Positions 8,763-18,276 of a DNA stretch of 64,000 nt are shown piece by piece. This DNA comes from Chloroflexota bacterium (GTDB lineage Bacteria > Chloroflexota > Dehalococcoidia > Lucifugimonadales > JADFKI01), in assembly GCA_027623195.1 (NCBI GenBank), contig JAQBUT010000002.1:1-64000 (forward strand), written 5' to 3'. The translations under genes were made by a program, and so were the position numbers. Below the pieces are notes generated by a model. It was given only the letters and a program-made list of their open reading frames with translations, was not told the DNA's origin and did no database searches. How positions within the stretch are numbered: position 1 is the first letter of the stretch; each line of letters opens with the position of its first letter.

Positions 8763-10127
8763 TTAGCCAGCCAGCGACTCGCGGATTTTGAGAATATCGA
8801 GGCGGAGCTTGTCGTTCACGTTCTGCTGGTTCTCGATGGTGCGGCAGCCGTGCAGCACGGTGGTGTGATCCTTACCGCCTAGAATGCGCCCGATAGCCGT
8901 GGCGCCCAGATGGACCTCTTCTCGTAGGAGGTACATCGCCACCTGTCTTGCCTGCGCCGTCTTTCGGTCCCTCTTTCTACCTTTGAGGGTCTCCAGGTCC
9001 ATCTGGTAGTAGGTCGAGACGCCGGTAAGAACGGCCTGCTCTGAAACCTGATGGGCCTCTTCCTGGTACTGGGTATCGGCGGCCACCTGCATAACGAGTT
9101 CGGCGTCGATTGCCCGCCGAGTCAGGTCTGCATAAGCCACCAGGCGGTTAAGGCTGCCCTCTAGCTCCCGGATATTTCGGTGAGGTCGTCCGCCCAGCAT
9201 TTCGAGAACGAAGGGGTCGACGTTCAGTTTCATCTGCTCCGCTTTAGCCCGCAGGATGGCAAGGCGCGTCTCCAGGTCCGGGGGCTGTATGTCTACGACC
9301 AGCCCTCCTGCCAGGCGGGAGCTTATACGCCGCTCCAGCGTCTTCAGCGCCGACGCCGGCCTGTCGCTGGTGATGACGATCTGCCGATTGCTCATGTGCA
9401 GCGCGTTGAAGGTATGGAAGAAGCCCTCCTGCGTCTGCTCCTTGCCGATCAGGAACTGGATGTCGTCCAGCAGGAGCACGTCGGCATTGCGATAGCGCAG
9501 CCGGAAGTCCTCCGTCTTGCCCTCGCGGATCGCCTTGATGTAGTCGTTGGTAAACTCTTCTGTTGTGGCGTATATAAGCGAAAGCCCCTTAGATCGCACC
9601 CGCTCCCCTATTGCGTGGAGTAGATGCGTCTTCCCCAGGCCAACGTCGGAGTACATAACTAGCGGGTTGTAAGTGGTGCCAGGTTTTTCGGCCACTGCCA
9701 AGGCGGCGGCATGTGCCAACTCGTTGGACTTGCCCACGATGAACGTATCGAATGTGTACTTCGGATTCAGGCGGGACAATGGCGGCGCTGCGGCTTGCTG
9801 AGTGGAGGCAGCCCTCGTTTGTCCGGAATCAGTCGGGATAGTGTTTTCACCCGCGTCTGTGTCCCCATCCAAAATTACTTGGAAACGAACATCAGCAGAA
9901 CCTTTGGTGACCCGCTCTACGGTTTGGGATATGAGCGTGTACATTCGCTGTTCCAACATCTCGGCGACGAAGGCGTTAGGTGTGCCCACAACGAGCTCTC
10001 CGTCCAGTTGAGAGATACCTACGGTCCCTTTAAGCCACGTCTCGTAGCTGGGACGAGTTACTTGCAACTGAAGTTCACCTAAGACTGCGCTCCATATCTG
10101 GCGAGCGCCTGGAGTAATGGCGGTCAT
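8763..10127 (-). CDS. dnaA: chromosomal replication initiator DnaA
   Basis: YTFDTF, YNPL, GLGKTHL, LLDDIQF, QEGFFHTFN, NIRELEG, RQVAMYL, GGKDHTTVLHG. Confidence 0.98.
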   Translation of the reverse strand: MTAITPGARQIWSAVLGELQLQVTRPSYETWLKGTVGISQLDGELVVGTPNAFVAEMLEQRMYTLISQTVERVTKGSADVRFQVILDGDTDAGENTIPTDSGQTRAASTQQAAAPPLSRLNPKYTFDTFIVGKSNELAHAAALAVAEKPGTTYNPLVMYSDVGLGKTHLLHAIGERVRSKGLSLIYATTEEFTNDYIKAIREGKTEDFRLRYRNADVLLLDDIQFLIGKEQTQEGFFHTFNALHMSNRQIVITSDRPASALKTLERRISSRLAGGLVVDIQPPDLETRLAILRAKAEQMKLNVDPFVLEMLGGRPHRNIRELEGSLNRLVAYADLTRRAIDAELVMQVAADTQYQEEAHQVSEQAVLTGVSTYYQMDLETLKGRKRDRKTAQARQVAMYLLREEVHLGATAIGRILGGKDHTTVLHGCRTIENQQNVNDKLRLDILKIRESLAG

Positions 10128-10405
10128 ACACTGGGCCTCTCGTGAGATTGCCGGCTTGCTGAATTTCCCAGAGGGGGAGAGGTGTTTTCCCGTCCGTTAA
10201 GGGAAATTCACAAGGCCGACTTACTTGAAGGGCCTTCATATTAGCATTGGATCACTGTGCCGTTTCAAGGTAGCATTTAAACCAGAAAAGGTTCATTTTT
10301 TAGCTTGACAAATTCCCATTACGGAAGCGACGAGCCTACGACGCCGGGCGCGAGCTCCAATCCCCGTGGCAGCACGTTTTCGCCGATTCGGACCCTTTCC
10401 CGCCG

Positions 10406-10590
10406 TTAGTGTTGATTAGCCTTGGAAGGCTTTGCACCGCCCCGGAGGAATCTACAACCGGGCTGTTTCTTCAGGAAGTAGGCAAAGTCGTCCATTCCGG
10501 CTGTACGGCGCGAAGAAAATATATTTTCCGCAGCGTTGTGGCTAACTCGCTCAGCCAATCCAGGTTCGTCGTCCGTCACCGGGCACAACG
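10406..10590 (-). pseudogene. C-terminal remnant of an M20 amidohydrolase
   Basis: CPVTDDEPGLAE...AGMDDFAYFLKKQPGCRFLRG resembles the M20D C-terminus 'YPxTxND...MGxEDFAYFLxxxPGCxFxLG'; no N-terminal part present. Confidence 0.45.
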
Positions 10591-10682
10591 ACGAACGAAG
10601 ACGCACGAGCGAAGTCCCCAACATACATAAAAACCAAAAACGTCGACCTGCATGATAGCTGTGGTCTAAACTGCATATCAAC

Positions 10683-11531
10683 TTGATGAGTGAGGACAAA
10701 ACTTTGGCTGATATCCCACTTGGCGCTAGCGGAAGGTCCGCATTAGATGTCGCGAAAGACGCTGCTCTCCAGGCCGGGAAGCTGATGGCCGACCGCTTCT
10801 ACGAGACCAAGGAGATTTCCTACAAAGGCCCGGGCGACGTAGTGACCGACGTCGACAAGGCTGCAGAAGAATTGCTTCGCGGCATTCTTGCCAAGGAGTT
10901 TCCGGACATGGGTTTCCTTGGTGAGGAGTCGGCGGGAGACCGCGCCGATCAGGGCTACGTGTGGATTGTGGACCCTGTTGACGGCACCCGTAATTACGCC
11001 GCCGGCATTCCTTTCGTATCTCTGGTTATTGGCCTGGCGCTGGACGGCGAAGTGCTGGTGGGCGTTAACTACGACCCTCTCGTGAAGGAAATGTTCTACG
11101 CCGAGAGGGGTCAAGGCGCGTACCTCAACGACAGCCGCATCTACGTCACAGAAAACACGAACCTCAGCGAAGGTGTTCTTGGCATGGACCTGAGCTATGG
11201 CCACGAAGGCACCATGCAAGGTTTGGACATAGTGCGGTCCTTCTGGCCCGCGCTTTGGAGCCTGCGCATCATGGGGTCGTCCGCTTTGGGACTTTCTTAC
11301 GCGGCTGCAGGGCGCTATGACCTCTTCTTCCACGGTGGATTATCGCCCTGGGATCAGGTGGCGGGCATGCTGCTAGTGGAGGAGGCAGGAGGAGTCGTCA
11401 CGGACCGCCATGGGAAACGCGCCACGTTGTATAGTGATGGTATTATCGCGTCCAACAAGACCTTGCACTCGGATTTCCTGCACCGTACCGACGGTATGGA
11501 GTGGCGTAAACCAACCAGGGCGACGGTATAG
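10683..11531 (+). CDS. inositol monophosphatase family protein
   Basis: DVVTDVD, GEE, WIVDPVDGTRNY, PWDQVAGMLLVEEAGG. Confidence 0.92.
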   Translation: MMSEDKTLADIPLGASGRSALDVAKDAALQAGKLMADRFYETKEISYKGPGDVVTDVDKAAEELLRGILAKEFPDMGFLGEESAGDRADQGYVWIVDPVDGTRNYAAGIPFVSLVIGLALDGEVLVGVNYDPLVKEMFYAERGQGAYLNDSRIYVTENTNLSEGVLGMDLSYGHEGTMQGLDIVRSFWPALWSLRIMGSSALGLSYAAAGRYDLFFHGGLSPWDQVAGMLLVEEAGGVVTDRHGKRATLYSDGIIASNKTLHSDFLHRTDGMEWRKPTRATV

Positions 11532-11670
11532 CGACAGGCCTTTCCTGTCAGAGATAATGTTCATATAATGACAGCGGTACCCAACGCTTCAGATTCCTCA
11601 TTTACTTCGTAATGACATATAGAGAACGCTATCGGTACACGAAGCGTTGTGAAACAGGTGAGAACGAAAC

Positions 11671-12354
11671 ATGAACGGCATTCATGACATGGGTGGCATG
11701 CATGGTTTCGGGCCTATCGAGATCGAGGAGGATGAGCCCGTCTTCCACCAGCCGTGGGAGGGCCGGGTATACGGCATCGTCACCACGATTCGCGACGCCC
11801 ACGATGTATATGGGCCGTACGGTTTGCGCTCCTACATCGAAAGCATACCGCCGGACCGGTATCTGGTGGCCAGCTATTACGAAAAGTGGATGCTGGCTCT
11901 GGAAAACGCCCTTTTGGCCAAGGGCTTGCTGTCGAAAGAGGAGTTGGAGGCCAAAACCTCAGAATATCTGGACAATCCCGGCGCTGCGGTGCCTCGCCGC
12001 GAAGACCCGGAAGCGACCCAGCGTGTTGTCGAAAACATCCGACTACGCCTTCCGCTGGCCAAAGACCCTGATGCGGACATCCGCCCTGCCTTTCAGGTTG
12101 GCGATGCCGTTAAGGCTCGCAACATCAATCTTCGAGGACACTCGCGACTTCCCCGTTACGTTCGAGGCAAAGTAGGAACCATAGAAAAGCTGTACAAGAT
12201 ACAGGACTTTCAGGACCATGTGCCGGAGTCGGAACAGGGTCCGCAGCCCGTATACAGCGTGCGATTCAAAGCTGAGGAGCTTTGGGGCGCCGCCGCCGAG
12301 GGTAACCAGAGCCTTTACATCGACATGTGGGAGAGTTACCTGGAGTCGGCTTAG
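11671..12354 (+). CDS. nthB: nitrile hydratase beta subunit
   Basis: MNGIHDMGG start, FHQPWEGR, SYYEKW, GHSRLPRYVRGK, YSVRF, DMWESYLE. Confidence 0.96.
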   Translation: MNGIHDMGGMHGFGPIEIEEDEPVFHQPWEGRVYGIVTTIRDAHDVYGPYGLRSYIESIPPDRYLVASYYEKWMLALENALLAKGLLSKEELEAKTSEYLDNPGAAVPRREDPEATQRVVENIRLRLPLAKDPDADIRPAFQVGDAVKARNINLRGHSRLPRYVRGKVGTIEKLYKIQDFQDHVPESEQGPQPVYSVRFKAEELWGAAAEGNQSLYIDMWESYLESA

Positions 12355-12385
12355 ACCAAGCAGGTAGGAGACACAGGAGTAATAC

Positions 12386-12997
12386 ATGAGCGGTCAGCAC
12401 CATCCCGAGCCAGAGTCCTACGCCGCCATACGCGCCAGGGCCATCGAGTCACTGTTGGTGGAGAAGGGCCTCATAGCTAGCGACGCAGTGGACGCCCGTG
12501 TGCAGGCCTACGAGCAAGATATCGGCCCGCTAAACGGCGCCAGGGTTGTGGCTCACGCCTGGGTGGATCCTGAATACCGGACCCGTCTATTGGAAAACGG
12601 CACCGAGGCCATAGCCGAGTTTGGTTACACAGGTGCACAGGGCGCCGAGATAGTGGTACTGGGAAACACGCCTGACATCCAGAACGTTGTGGTGTGTACC
12701 CTATGCTCCTGCTACCCCTGGCCGGTTCTGGGATTGCCTCCAACCTGGTACAAGTCCCACGCCTACCGCGCCCGTGTTGTTATAGAGCCCCGCGCGGTGC
12801 TCAAGGAGTTTGGCCTGGAGCTGGACGATGTCGTAGAGGTCCGGGTTTGGGATAGCAACTCGGACATCCGCTACATGGTGCTGCCTGAGCGGCCCAGCGG
12901 CACCGAAGGCATGACTGAGGACCAGCTAATGGCCCTGGTGTCCCGGGACAGCATGATCGGTGTTGCCAAGGCCAAGAGCCCTGCACAGGTAGGCTAG
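12386..12997 (+). CDS. nthA: nitrile hydratase alpha subunit, cobalt type
   Basis: metal-binding VCTLCSCYPW; Thr/Tyr variant is the Co-type signature. Confidence 0.97.
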   Translation: MSGQHHPEPESYAAIRARAIESLLVEKGLIASDAVDARVQAYEQDIGPLNGARVVAHAWVDPEYRTRLLENGTEAIAEFGYTGAQGAEIVVLGNTPDIQNVVVCTLCSCYPWPVLGLPPTWYKSHAYRARVVIEPRAVLKEFGLELDDVVEVRVWDSNSDIRYMVLPERPSGTEGMTEDQLMALVSRDSMIGVAKAKSPAQVG

Positions 12998-13169
12998 AGG
13001 CCTCCTCGACTTGCTTGAGCCTGATTTTGGGCGCAGGTTTAGCCGTTGGGCGATTGGTAGTAGAATATTAAGAACGGCAATGCATAGATTGCGCAGGAAT
13101 TGGCGAATACCTAACCCGTAAAGTTGGCCTTGGCCGAGTTCAGTTGCAATTATTGGAGGATTTAAAATT

Positions 13170-13655
13170 ATGCCCTCGTTTGATGTGGTTTCCAAGACGG
13201 ACCTGATGGAGGTCGATAATGCTATTAACGGAGTGCAACGGGAGATCACCCAGCGCTTTGATCTGGCGGGAACGAAATGTGAGGTCAGCCGGGCGGACGA
13301 CGCCCTCACCATCTTGGCGGACGATTCGATGAAATTGCGCCAGGTGGAAGACCTGTTACGGAAGTATCTTACCCAACGAAAGGTTGACCAGGGCGCATTT
13401 GAATTCCAAGAGCCACAGGACGCCACAGGGAGTAGCCTCCGTGAGGTCGTCAACATTAAGCAGGGAATCGATGGCGACTTGGGACGAAAGATAAGCAAGG
13501 CAGTTAGAGGGAACAAGCTCAAGGTTCAGGTAGCCATTCAGGGCACGGAGCTCCGGGTGACGGGCAAAACCCGCGACGATCTTCAGGCTACAATACAGTT
13601 CATTAAGGACATGGAATTGGAGCAGCCGCTACAGTACGTGAATTTCAGAAGCTAG
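13170..13655 (+). CDS. yajQ: YajQ family cyclic-dinucleotide-binding protein
   Basis: MPSFDVVS, NAIN, RFD, KLKVQVAIQG, LRVTGKxRDDLQ, PLQYVNFR. Confidence 0.95.
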   Translation: MPSFDVVSKTDLMEVDNAINGVQREITQRFDLAGTKCEVSRADDALTILADDSMKLRQVEDLLRKYLTQRKVDQGAFEFQEPQDATGSSLREVVNIKQGIDGDLGRKISKAVRGNKLKVQVAIQGTELRVTGKTRDDLQATIQFIKDMELEQPLQYVNFRS

Positions 13656-13776
13656 GCTGGCGCATTGTATCTGGGAGCCTGTGCAATACTCAGTGCCAAC
13701 GCCGCATAACCGGCATTTCACAGCCTTCACAACGGATCGTGCCCTTGGCCGTATGGACAAAATAAAGGAATCTCCT

Positions 13777-14124
13777 GTGACCGAGTCCACAGATATTCGC
13801 ATCGCCAATATGGATGAAAGCATCGCGTTGCCCCGCTCCAATGGAGAACTGGTCTTCGAAGCCCCATGGGAGGGCCGTGCGTTTGGCATCGCCGTGGCGC
13901 TCAACGAAGATGGCCAGTACGACTGGAGCGAGTTTCAGGCCCGCCTCGCAGAGGAGATCGCCGAAGCTGAGCGGACCGACGCGCCGTCCACCTATTACGA
14001 ACGTTGGTTGGCCTCTCTGGAGCGTCTGGTGCTGGACAAAGGCATGATCACCCCAGAAGAGATCGAGACGCGCATGGCCGAGTACGCTTCCGGGCAGCGC
14101 AACGACGACTGGCACCAGCACTAA
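13777..14124 (+). CDS. nitrile hydratase accessory (P14K/NhlE-like) protein
   Basis: PRSNGELVFEAPWEGRAFG, WSEF, YYERWLASLE; GTG start chosen after AAGGA. Confidence 0.88.
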   Translation: MTESTDIRIANMDESIALPRSNGELVFEAPWEGRAFGIAVALNEDGQYDWSEFQARLAEEIAEAERTDAPSTYYERWLASLERLVLDKGMITPEEIETRMAEYASGQRNDDWHQH

Positions 14125-14202
14125 TTTCGTCCAAACCCCCAGGGGCAAGATGGGCGGTAAAGGCTACGAATGGCTTGCCCATGCCCTGTTATAACCCCGA
14201 GC

Positions 14203-15438
14203 CTAGGGCCGGCCGCCCAGCGTGAACTCGTCCTGCATCTCCGTGTCGCCTCTGTAATACACCACCGCCACTGTTTCTCCCGGCTGATGGGTTATGAGAA
14301 ACTTGGAAAGCTCTCCCGTGTTCAATATGGGTGTGGCCCCCAACTGGACGATAATGTCCTCAACACGCAGTCCGATATCAGCAGCTGCGGTGCCTGCGAT
14401 AACCCGGCCCACCAAGATGCCTTTCGTGACCGGCAGGTCGAATCGGCTGGCAAGACCAGGCGTGACGTTAACCGGCGAAATGCCTATAAATCCCCGCACC
14501 ACATAGCCCCGCTCCATCAGCTGACTCACAACGATTTTGGCATCGTCGATGTTGATGGCGAAGCCGATACCCCGACCTGACTGGATGATCGCCGTATTGA
14601 TGCCGATGACCTCAGCGCGGTCGTTTACCAGGGCGCCGCCGCTGTTGCCGGGGTTGATCTCGGCGTCGGTCTGAATGAGGTCGACGATGGTCGTCGAGGA
14701 ATCCGTGTCGATGGACCTCCCCAGGGCGCTAACTACGCCCTTGCTCACCGTAGGACCGCCCGGTAGTCCCAGCGCGTGCCCTATGGCGATGACATCCTCG
14801 CCTACTTGCATGTCCGCTGAAACGCCCAGTTTGGCAGGTCGAAGCTCCAGCCCGTCTGCCTCCACACGAATGACTGCCAGGTCCGTCTGGAAGTCGTTGC
14901 CGACAACCTTTGCCTCCCGACTTTCGCCATTTTCGAAGATGACAGTTATACGCCGGGCTCCGTCCACAACGTGATTATTGGTCATGATGTGACCGTCGGC
15001 GTTCAAAACAATCCCGGTGCCCACGCCTTGGCTGGGAGAAGCCTGGTTAAACATGTTCATGGAAAGTGTTTCCGTGACGACCTGCACCACAGACGGCGTC
15101 AGAATCTTGACGACATCGGGAGTGGTGAACTTCTCAGCCTGTTGCGACAGGGATTCCGGCTCGGAAGTTGGCGGGTTGTCGGCCCCGTCCACGAAGGGTG
15201 TTGGCGAAGGCTCTTCTACCGTGGGCAGGGGTGGCACGACTGAAGGCGCAGTGGCGGTGGTGACTGCCTGTGTGGCTTCGGCCGTTGCTGCGACAGAAGA
15301 CGCTGCGGGCGCGATCCCAACCGGCTCCTGCACTGGTTGGCCGAAATTACATGCTACTGCTATCAATGATATGACCAGCACTGCCGAGGCTGCCCTATGA
15401 ATGCGCCGGCGACGAATTTCTAGAAAGTTCATCCACAC
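14203..15438 (-). CDS. HtrA/DegP-like serine protease with PDZ domain, probable lipoprotein
   Basis: TNNHVV, DLAV, INPGNSGG catalytic triad, C-terminal PDZ, lipobox-like AVAC. Confidence 0.93.
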   Translation of the reverse strand: MWMNFLEIRRRRIHRAASAVLVISLIAVACNFGQPVQEPVGIAPAASSVAATAEATQAVTTATAPSVVPPLPTVEEPSPTPFVDGADNPPTSEPESLSQQAEKFTTPDVVKILTPSVVQVVTETLSMNMFNQASPSQGVGTGIVLNADGHIMTNNHVVDGARRITVIFENGESREAKVVGNDFQTDLAVIRVEADGLELRPAKLGVSADMQVGEDVIAIGHALGLPGGPTVSKGVVSALGRSIDTDSSTTIVDLIQTDAEINPGNSGGALVNDRAEVIGINTAIIQSGRGIGFAINIDDAKIVVSQLMERGYVVRGFIGISPVNVTPGLASRFDLPVTKGILVGRVIAGTAAADIGLRVEDIIVQLGATPILNTGELSKFLITHQPGETVAVVYYRGDTEMQDEFTLGGRP

Positions 15439-15510
15439 GAGGGCCCCCTCCTCCTTTTTGGATTATATGTAGAAGTGCACCGAAGATGGAAACCTATCGG
15501 CCTCTAACAT

Positions 15511-15548
15511 AGAAAACGCATCCCTAAAGCAACGGTTAGGGACGCGTT
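15511..15548 (-). terminator. intrinsic terminator after the alpha/beta hydrolase
   Basis: AACGCATCCCTAA/TTAGGGACGCGTT hairpin followed by a T-run on the minus strand. Confidence 0.6.
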
Positions 15549-15560
15549 GGGCTTTGTGAG

Positions 15561-16400
15561 TCAGTCGACCAGGAATTGGCGTAGCTCTTGCAGCAAGAAT
15601 TCGGGATTATCCGCAGGTATGGGATGGCCGGAGTCCGGCACCTCAAGGAACTGCATGGAGGGCTGTATCTCCTGCATACGAGCGACGATCTCCGGGGACA
15701 GGAAATCGCTGTGGCCCCCCTTCAATTCCAGAATGGGGCATCGAATCTTTGCCCACTGTTCCCACAGGTGCGGCACTTCGCGGGCGCCAAACCCGCCGTT
15801 TATCCAGAACATGTCCGGGTCGTGCCTGGGGACATACTTATCGGCGTAGTTGAGCCTCAGCCCGTGTTGGGCCTGGTTGCGGATGTAGTCCAGAGATGCT
15901 CTGGGGTTGAGTCGAGAGGAGTACTCGACAAACTCATCGTGGTTCCGCCAGCCCAGAGGACGTCGGCCCATTCCATCAACCTGCTTTTTAGCAGAGGTCG
16001 CGCTCATTTCCGGCCCGTAGTCCAGGCACACGAAATGCTTGAGCTGGTCGGAGTGGTCACCGGCGTAGGAGATTCCGTTTCGGGCGCCCAGGGACGCGCC
16101 AACGAGATCGAACGGCACGATACCCACTGCCTGCGCGAATTCCGCAAAGTCGGCTGCGAAGGCCGTGACAGCGTAACCCTCCCTTGAGTGGTCGGATTCG
16201 CCGTGGCCCCGCTGGTCCAGTGCAATGACGTGAAATTCGTCTCGTAGCTCTCGGGCAACGAAATCCCAGTTGTGGGCAGTTCCATTTTGGCCGTGAGCTA
16301 GCAAAAGATTGCGCGGCGAGTTCCCGCCCCAGTCCAGGTAGTGGATGTTGATTCCGTTGACTTCGACAAAATGATCGCTTGGCTGGGCTGCCGTGGGCAT
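15561..16400 (-). CDS. alpha/beta hydrolase
   Basis: HG, DQRGHG, GASLG nucleophile elbow, C-terminal GH; ATG at 16400 preceded by GGAGGT. Confidence 0.9.
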   Translation of the reverse strand: MPTAAQPSDHFVEVNGINIHYLDWGGNSPRNLLLAHGQNGTAHNWDFVARELRDEFHVIALDQRGHGESDHSREGYAVTAFAADFAEFAQAVGIVPFDLVGASLGARNGISYAGDHSDQLKHFVCLDYGPEMSATSAKKQVDGMGRRPLGWRNHDEFVEYSSRLNPRASLDYIRNQAQHGLRLNYADKYVPRHDPDMFWINGGFGAREVPHLWEQWAKIRCPILELKGGHSDFLSPEIVARMQEIQPSMQFLEVPDSGHPIPADNPEFLLQELRQFLVD

Positions 16401-16479
16401 CTTCACACCTCCGAATGCATCTCTCCGGAATGTTACCAGCTTGGGCCGTCCCCCGGCAGATTCAGGTCCGCGAGGGCGC

Positions 16480-16517
16480 AAAAAAGCCAGGAACCCTGAA
16501 AATTCAAAGCCCCTGGC
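16480..16517 (-). terminator. intrinsic terminator of rpsU
   Basis: minus strand GCCAGGGGCTTTGAA...TTCAGGGTTCCTGGC followed by TTTTTT. Confidence 0.7.
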
Positions 16518-16570
16518 CAATAATTACCAGTAATTTACGCGGCTAGATGGGTTTTGAAAACCCTTGTAAA

Positions 16571-16759
16571 TTATCGAGTGCGGCGACGGCGCATCCGACG
16601 TAAGCTACGCTGCTTATCCAGTCGCAATTGCTCTCCCTTGGAGCGGAAGAAGCGCCTGTTCCTAAGTTCGCGCAAAATGCCAGACCGCTGCATGGTGGTC
16701 TGGAACCTCTTGAGAAGTACCTCTGGGTCTTCGCCCTCGCGAAGGGTTACGTATGCCAA
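16571..16759 (-). CDS. rpsU: 30S ribosomal protein S21
   Basis: VTLREGE..EVLLKRF...SGILRELR.RRFF, basic C-terminus. Confidence 0.9.
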   Translation of the reverse strand: MAYVTLREGEDPEVLLKRFQTTMQRSGILRELRNRRFFRSKGEQLRLDKQRSLRRMRRRRTR

Positions 16760-16887
16760 ACCAAAGTCTCCTTGGAATTGTTTTGATTTTATTTAGATCA
16801 ATAATACGGGACGACCAACATCCCAGTAAAGCAAAAGTATATCACAGGGTTAGGAGGCCAACAACTGCTAACGACGCACGAAAAACC

Positions 16888-17670
16888 CTAAACCCAGGGC
16901 CATGGCACGTCATGGTATGGATCCAACACCGGCAGCTTGGGCTCCTTGATCAGGGCATCGACCCTTTGCATCAGAGCCTGAATCTCCTGTTTTGCCACCA
17001 TCGTCGATAACTGGGCGGTTAGACTATCCGTAGGTAAACGCAGCCTTTGCATGAGGATTTTCAGGTCCTCCACAAGCGGTTCAGGGATGGCCTTGCCCCA
17101 ATACTCCAGCATGACGGTGCGTAGCTTGAATATGGGATGGAACGTCAATCCGTGATCGATGCTCCAAATCCGCCCGTCCTCGCCTAGCAGGCAATGGCCC
17201 GCTTTACGATCGCCGTTGTTAACCACCACGTCGAACAGCGCAAACTTCAAAAACTCCTCGGCCCTTTCCTCAAACAGGTCGAAGTATGTGATGTCTGGGT
17301 CGCATTCGACGTAGTGCTGCATGGAGCCGATGCCGTAAGGACCCTCCCTCACCAGTGTGTAAGGTATGTTGGGCCAGCCTAAGGCTCGGCTGAGGATGAA
17401 TGTAGCGTGCTCCCGCTGGTATAGTGTGCCGTGGGGATAGTCGTACAGAGGGCGTTCGCCGTCTCGAGGCTTGTAGATAGCTTGCAAGTACTTTCCCTCG
17501 CCCGCTTGCAGGCGGACCAGGAAAGTGTAATTGGATCCCCACGCCATCCTGAAACCGCCAATTACCTCGCCGGACGCCAATAGCGGTATTGCTTCCTCTT
17601 CAGGCAGCGTGATGGGAAGGTCGTCGGTATCGTGGGTAGGCTGTCTAGGATTTCGTCTTCGGGAAGGCAA
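16888..17670 (-). CDS. SCO1664 family protein (PI3/4-kinase-like fold)
   Basis: GSNYTF, IYKPRDGERPL.D, RE.A, NNGDRKAGH, IDHGLTF, PWP end. Confidence 0.85.
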   Translation of the reverse strand: MPSRRRNPRQPTHDTDDLPITLPEEEAIPLLASGEVIGGFRMAWGSNYTFLVRLQAGEGKYLQAIYKPRDGERPLYDYPHGTLYQREHATFILSRALGWPNIPYTLVREGPYGIGSMQHYVECDPDITYFDLFEERAEEFLKFALFDVVVNNGDRKAGHCLLGEDGRIWSIDHGLTFHPIFKLRTVMLEYWGKAIPEPLVEDLKILMQRLRLPTDSLTAQLSTMVAKQEIQALMQRVDALIKEPKLPVLDPYHDVPWPWV

Positions 17671-17757
17671 GGCACCCTCTCGGATAAATTTCCGTACCTG
17701 GAGAGGCGTTGGGAGCGGTCAGAGTTTTCATCTGAGTCCTTGTCGTTGAGCGCCCTG

Positions 17758-18276
17758 CTACTCGAGGCTGGTTATCTTGGCGTGGCCGTTTACCCTGGGG
17801 CACTCATGGCCATCGGGATCTATCGGGCTGCTACACAGAGGGCAAATCGGGCGTCCCGCAGCGCAGGCCTTAAGTGCTTCCTCGGCAAAGCTCTCCATCT
17901 GGCGTCGGTTGATCCACAGCCGTACGGTGGCCTCTCCCTCGTCTTCGTCCTCCAGGTCGTGGGCGTCGATGAGAAAGTAGCCGTTACTGCCATCGTGGCC
18001 CAAGATCAGTTTCCCCACCTTGAAGTCCAGTCGCGTAAGACCAGGCGCCTCTCTGTCCGATGGCGTGCCTTCAGGGTTTCTGGATTCTCCGCCTAGAGTC
18101 GTGAGCAACTGTTGAATGCCTACTGCAAGCTGCATCAGCTGTTCTTTTTCCAGCCATAAGCTAGCTGTGCTGCTCTCGCTATCGGCTAATATGCGGAAAG
18201 TACGTTTGCCAGGCTGCCCCAGCGCCTCCGGTTGCAGTCTGAATATTCTAGTGAATTCAATCTTTGCGTCAGCCAT
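17758..18276 (-). CDS. DUF3090 family protein
   Basis: GQPGKRTFRI, LEKEQL, AAGRPICPLC..PIDPDGH.CPR.NGH; directly upstream of the SCO1664 gene. Confidence 0.85.
   Translation of the reverse strand: MADAKIEFTRIFRLQPEALGQPGKRTFRILADSESSTASLWLEKEQLMQLAVGIQQLLTTLGGESRNPEGTPSDREAPGLTRLDFKVGKLILGHDGSNGYFLIDAHDLEDEDEGEATVRLWINRRQMESFAEEALKACAAGRPICPLCSSPIDPDGHECPRVNGHAKITSLE

Noticed and set aside
7614..8882. 422-aa + strand ORF
   Set aside because: Antisense shadow of the dehydrogenase gene and dnaA end; no motifs, expected in GC-rich coding DNA
10128..10405. oriC upstream of dnaA
   Set aside because: No convincing DnaA-box cluster here, unlike 4735..5060
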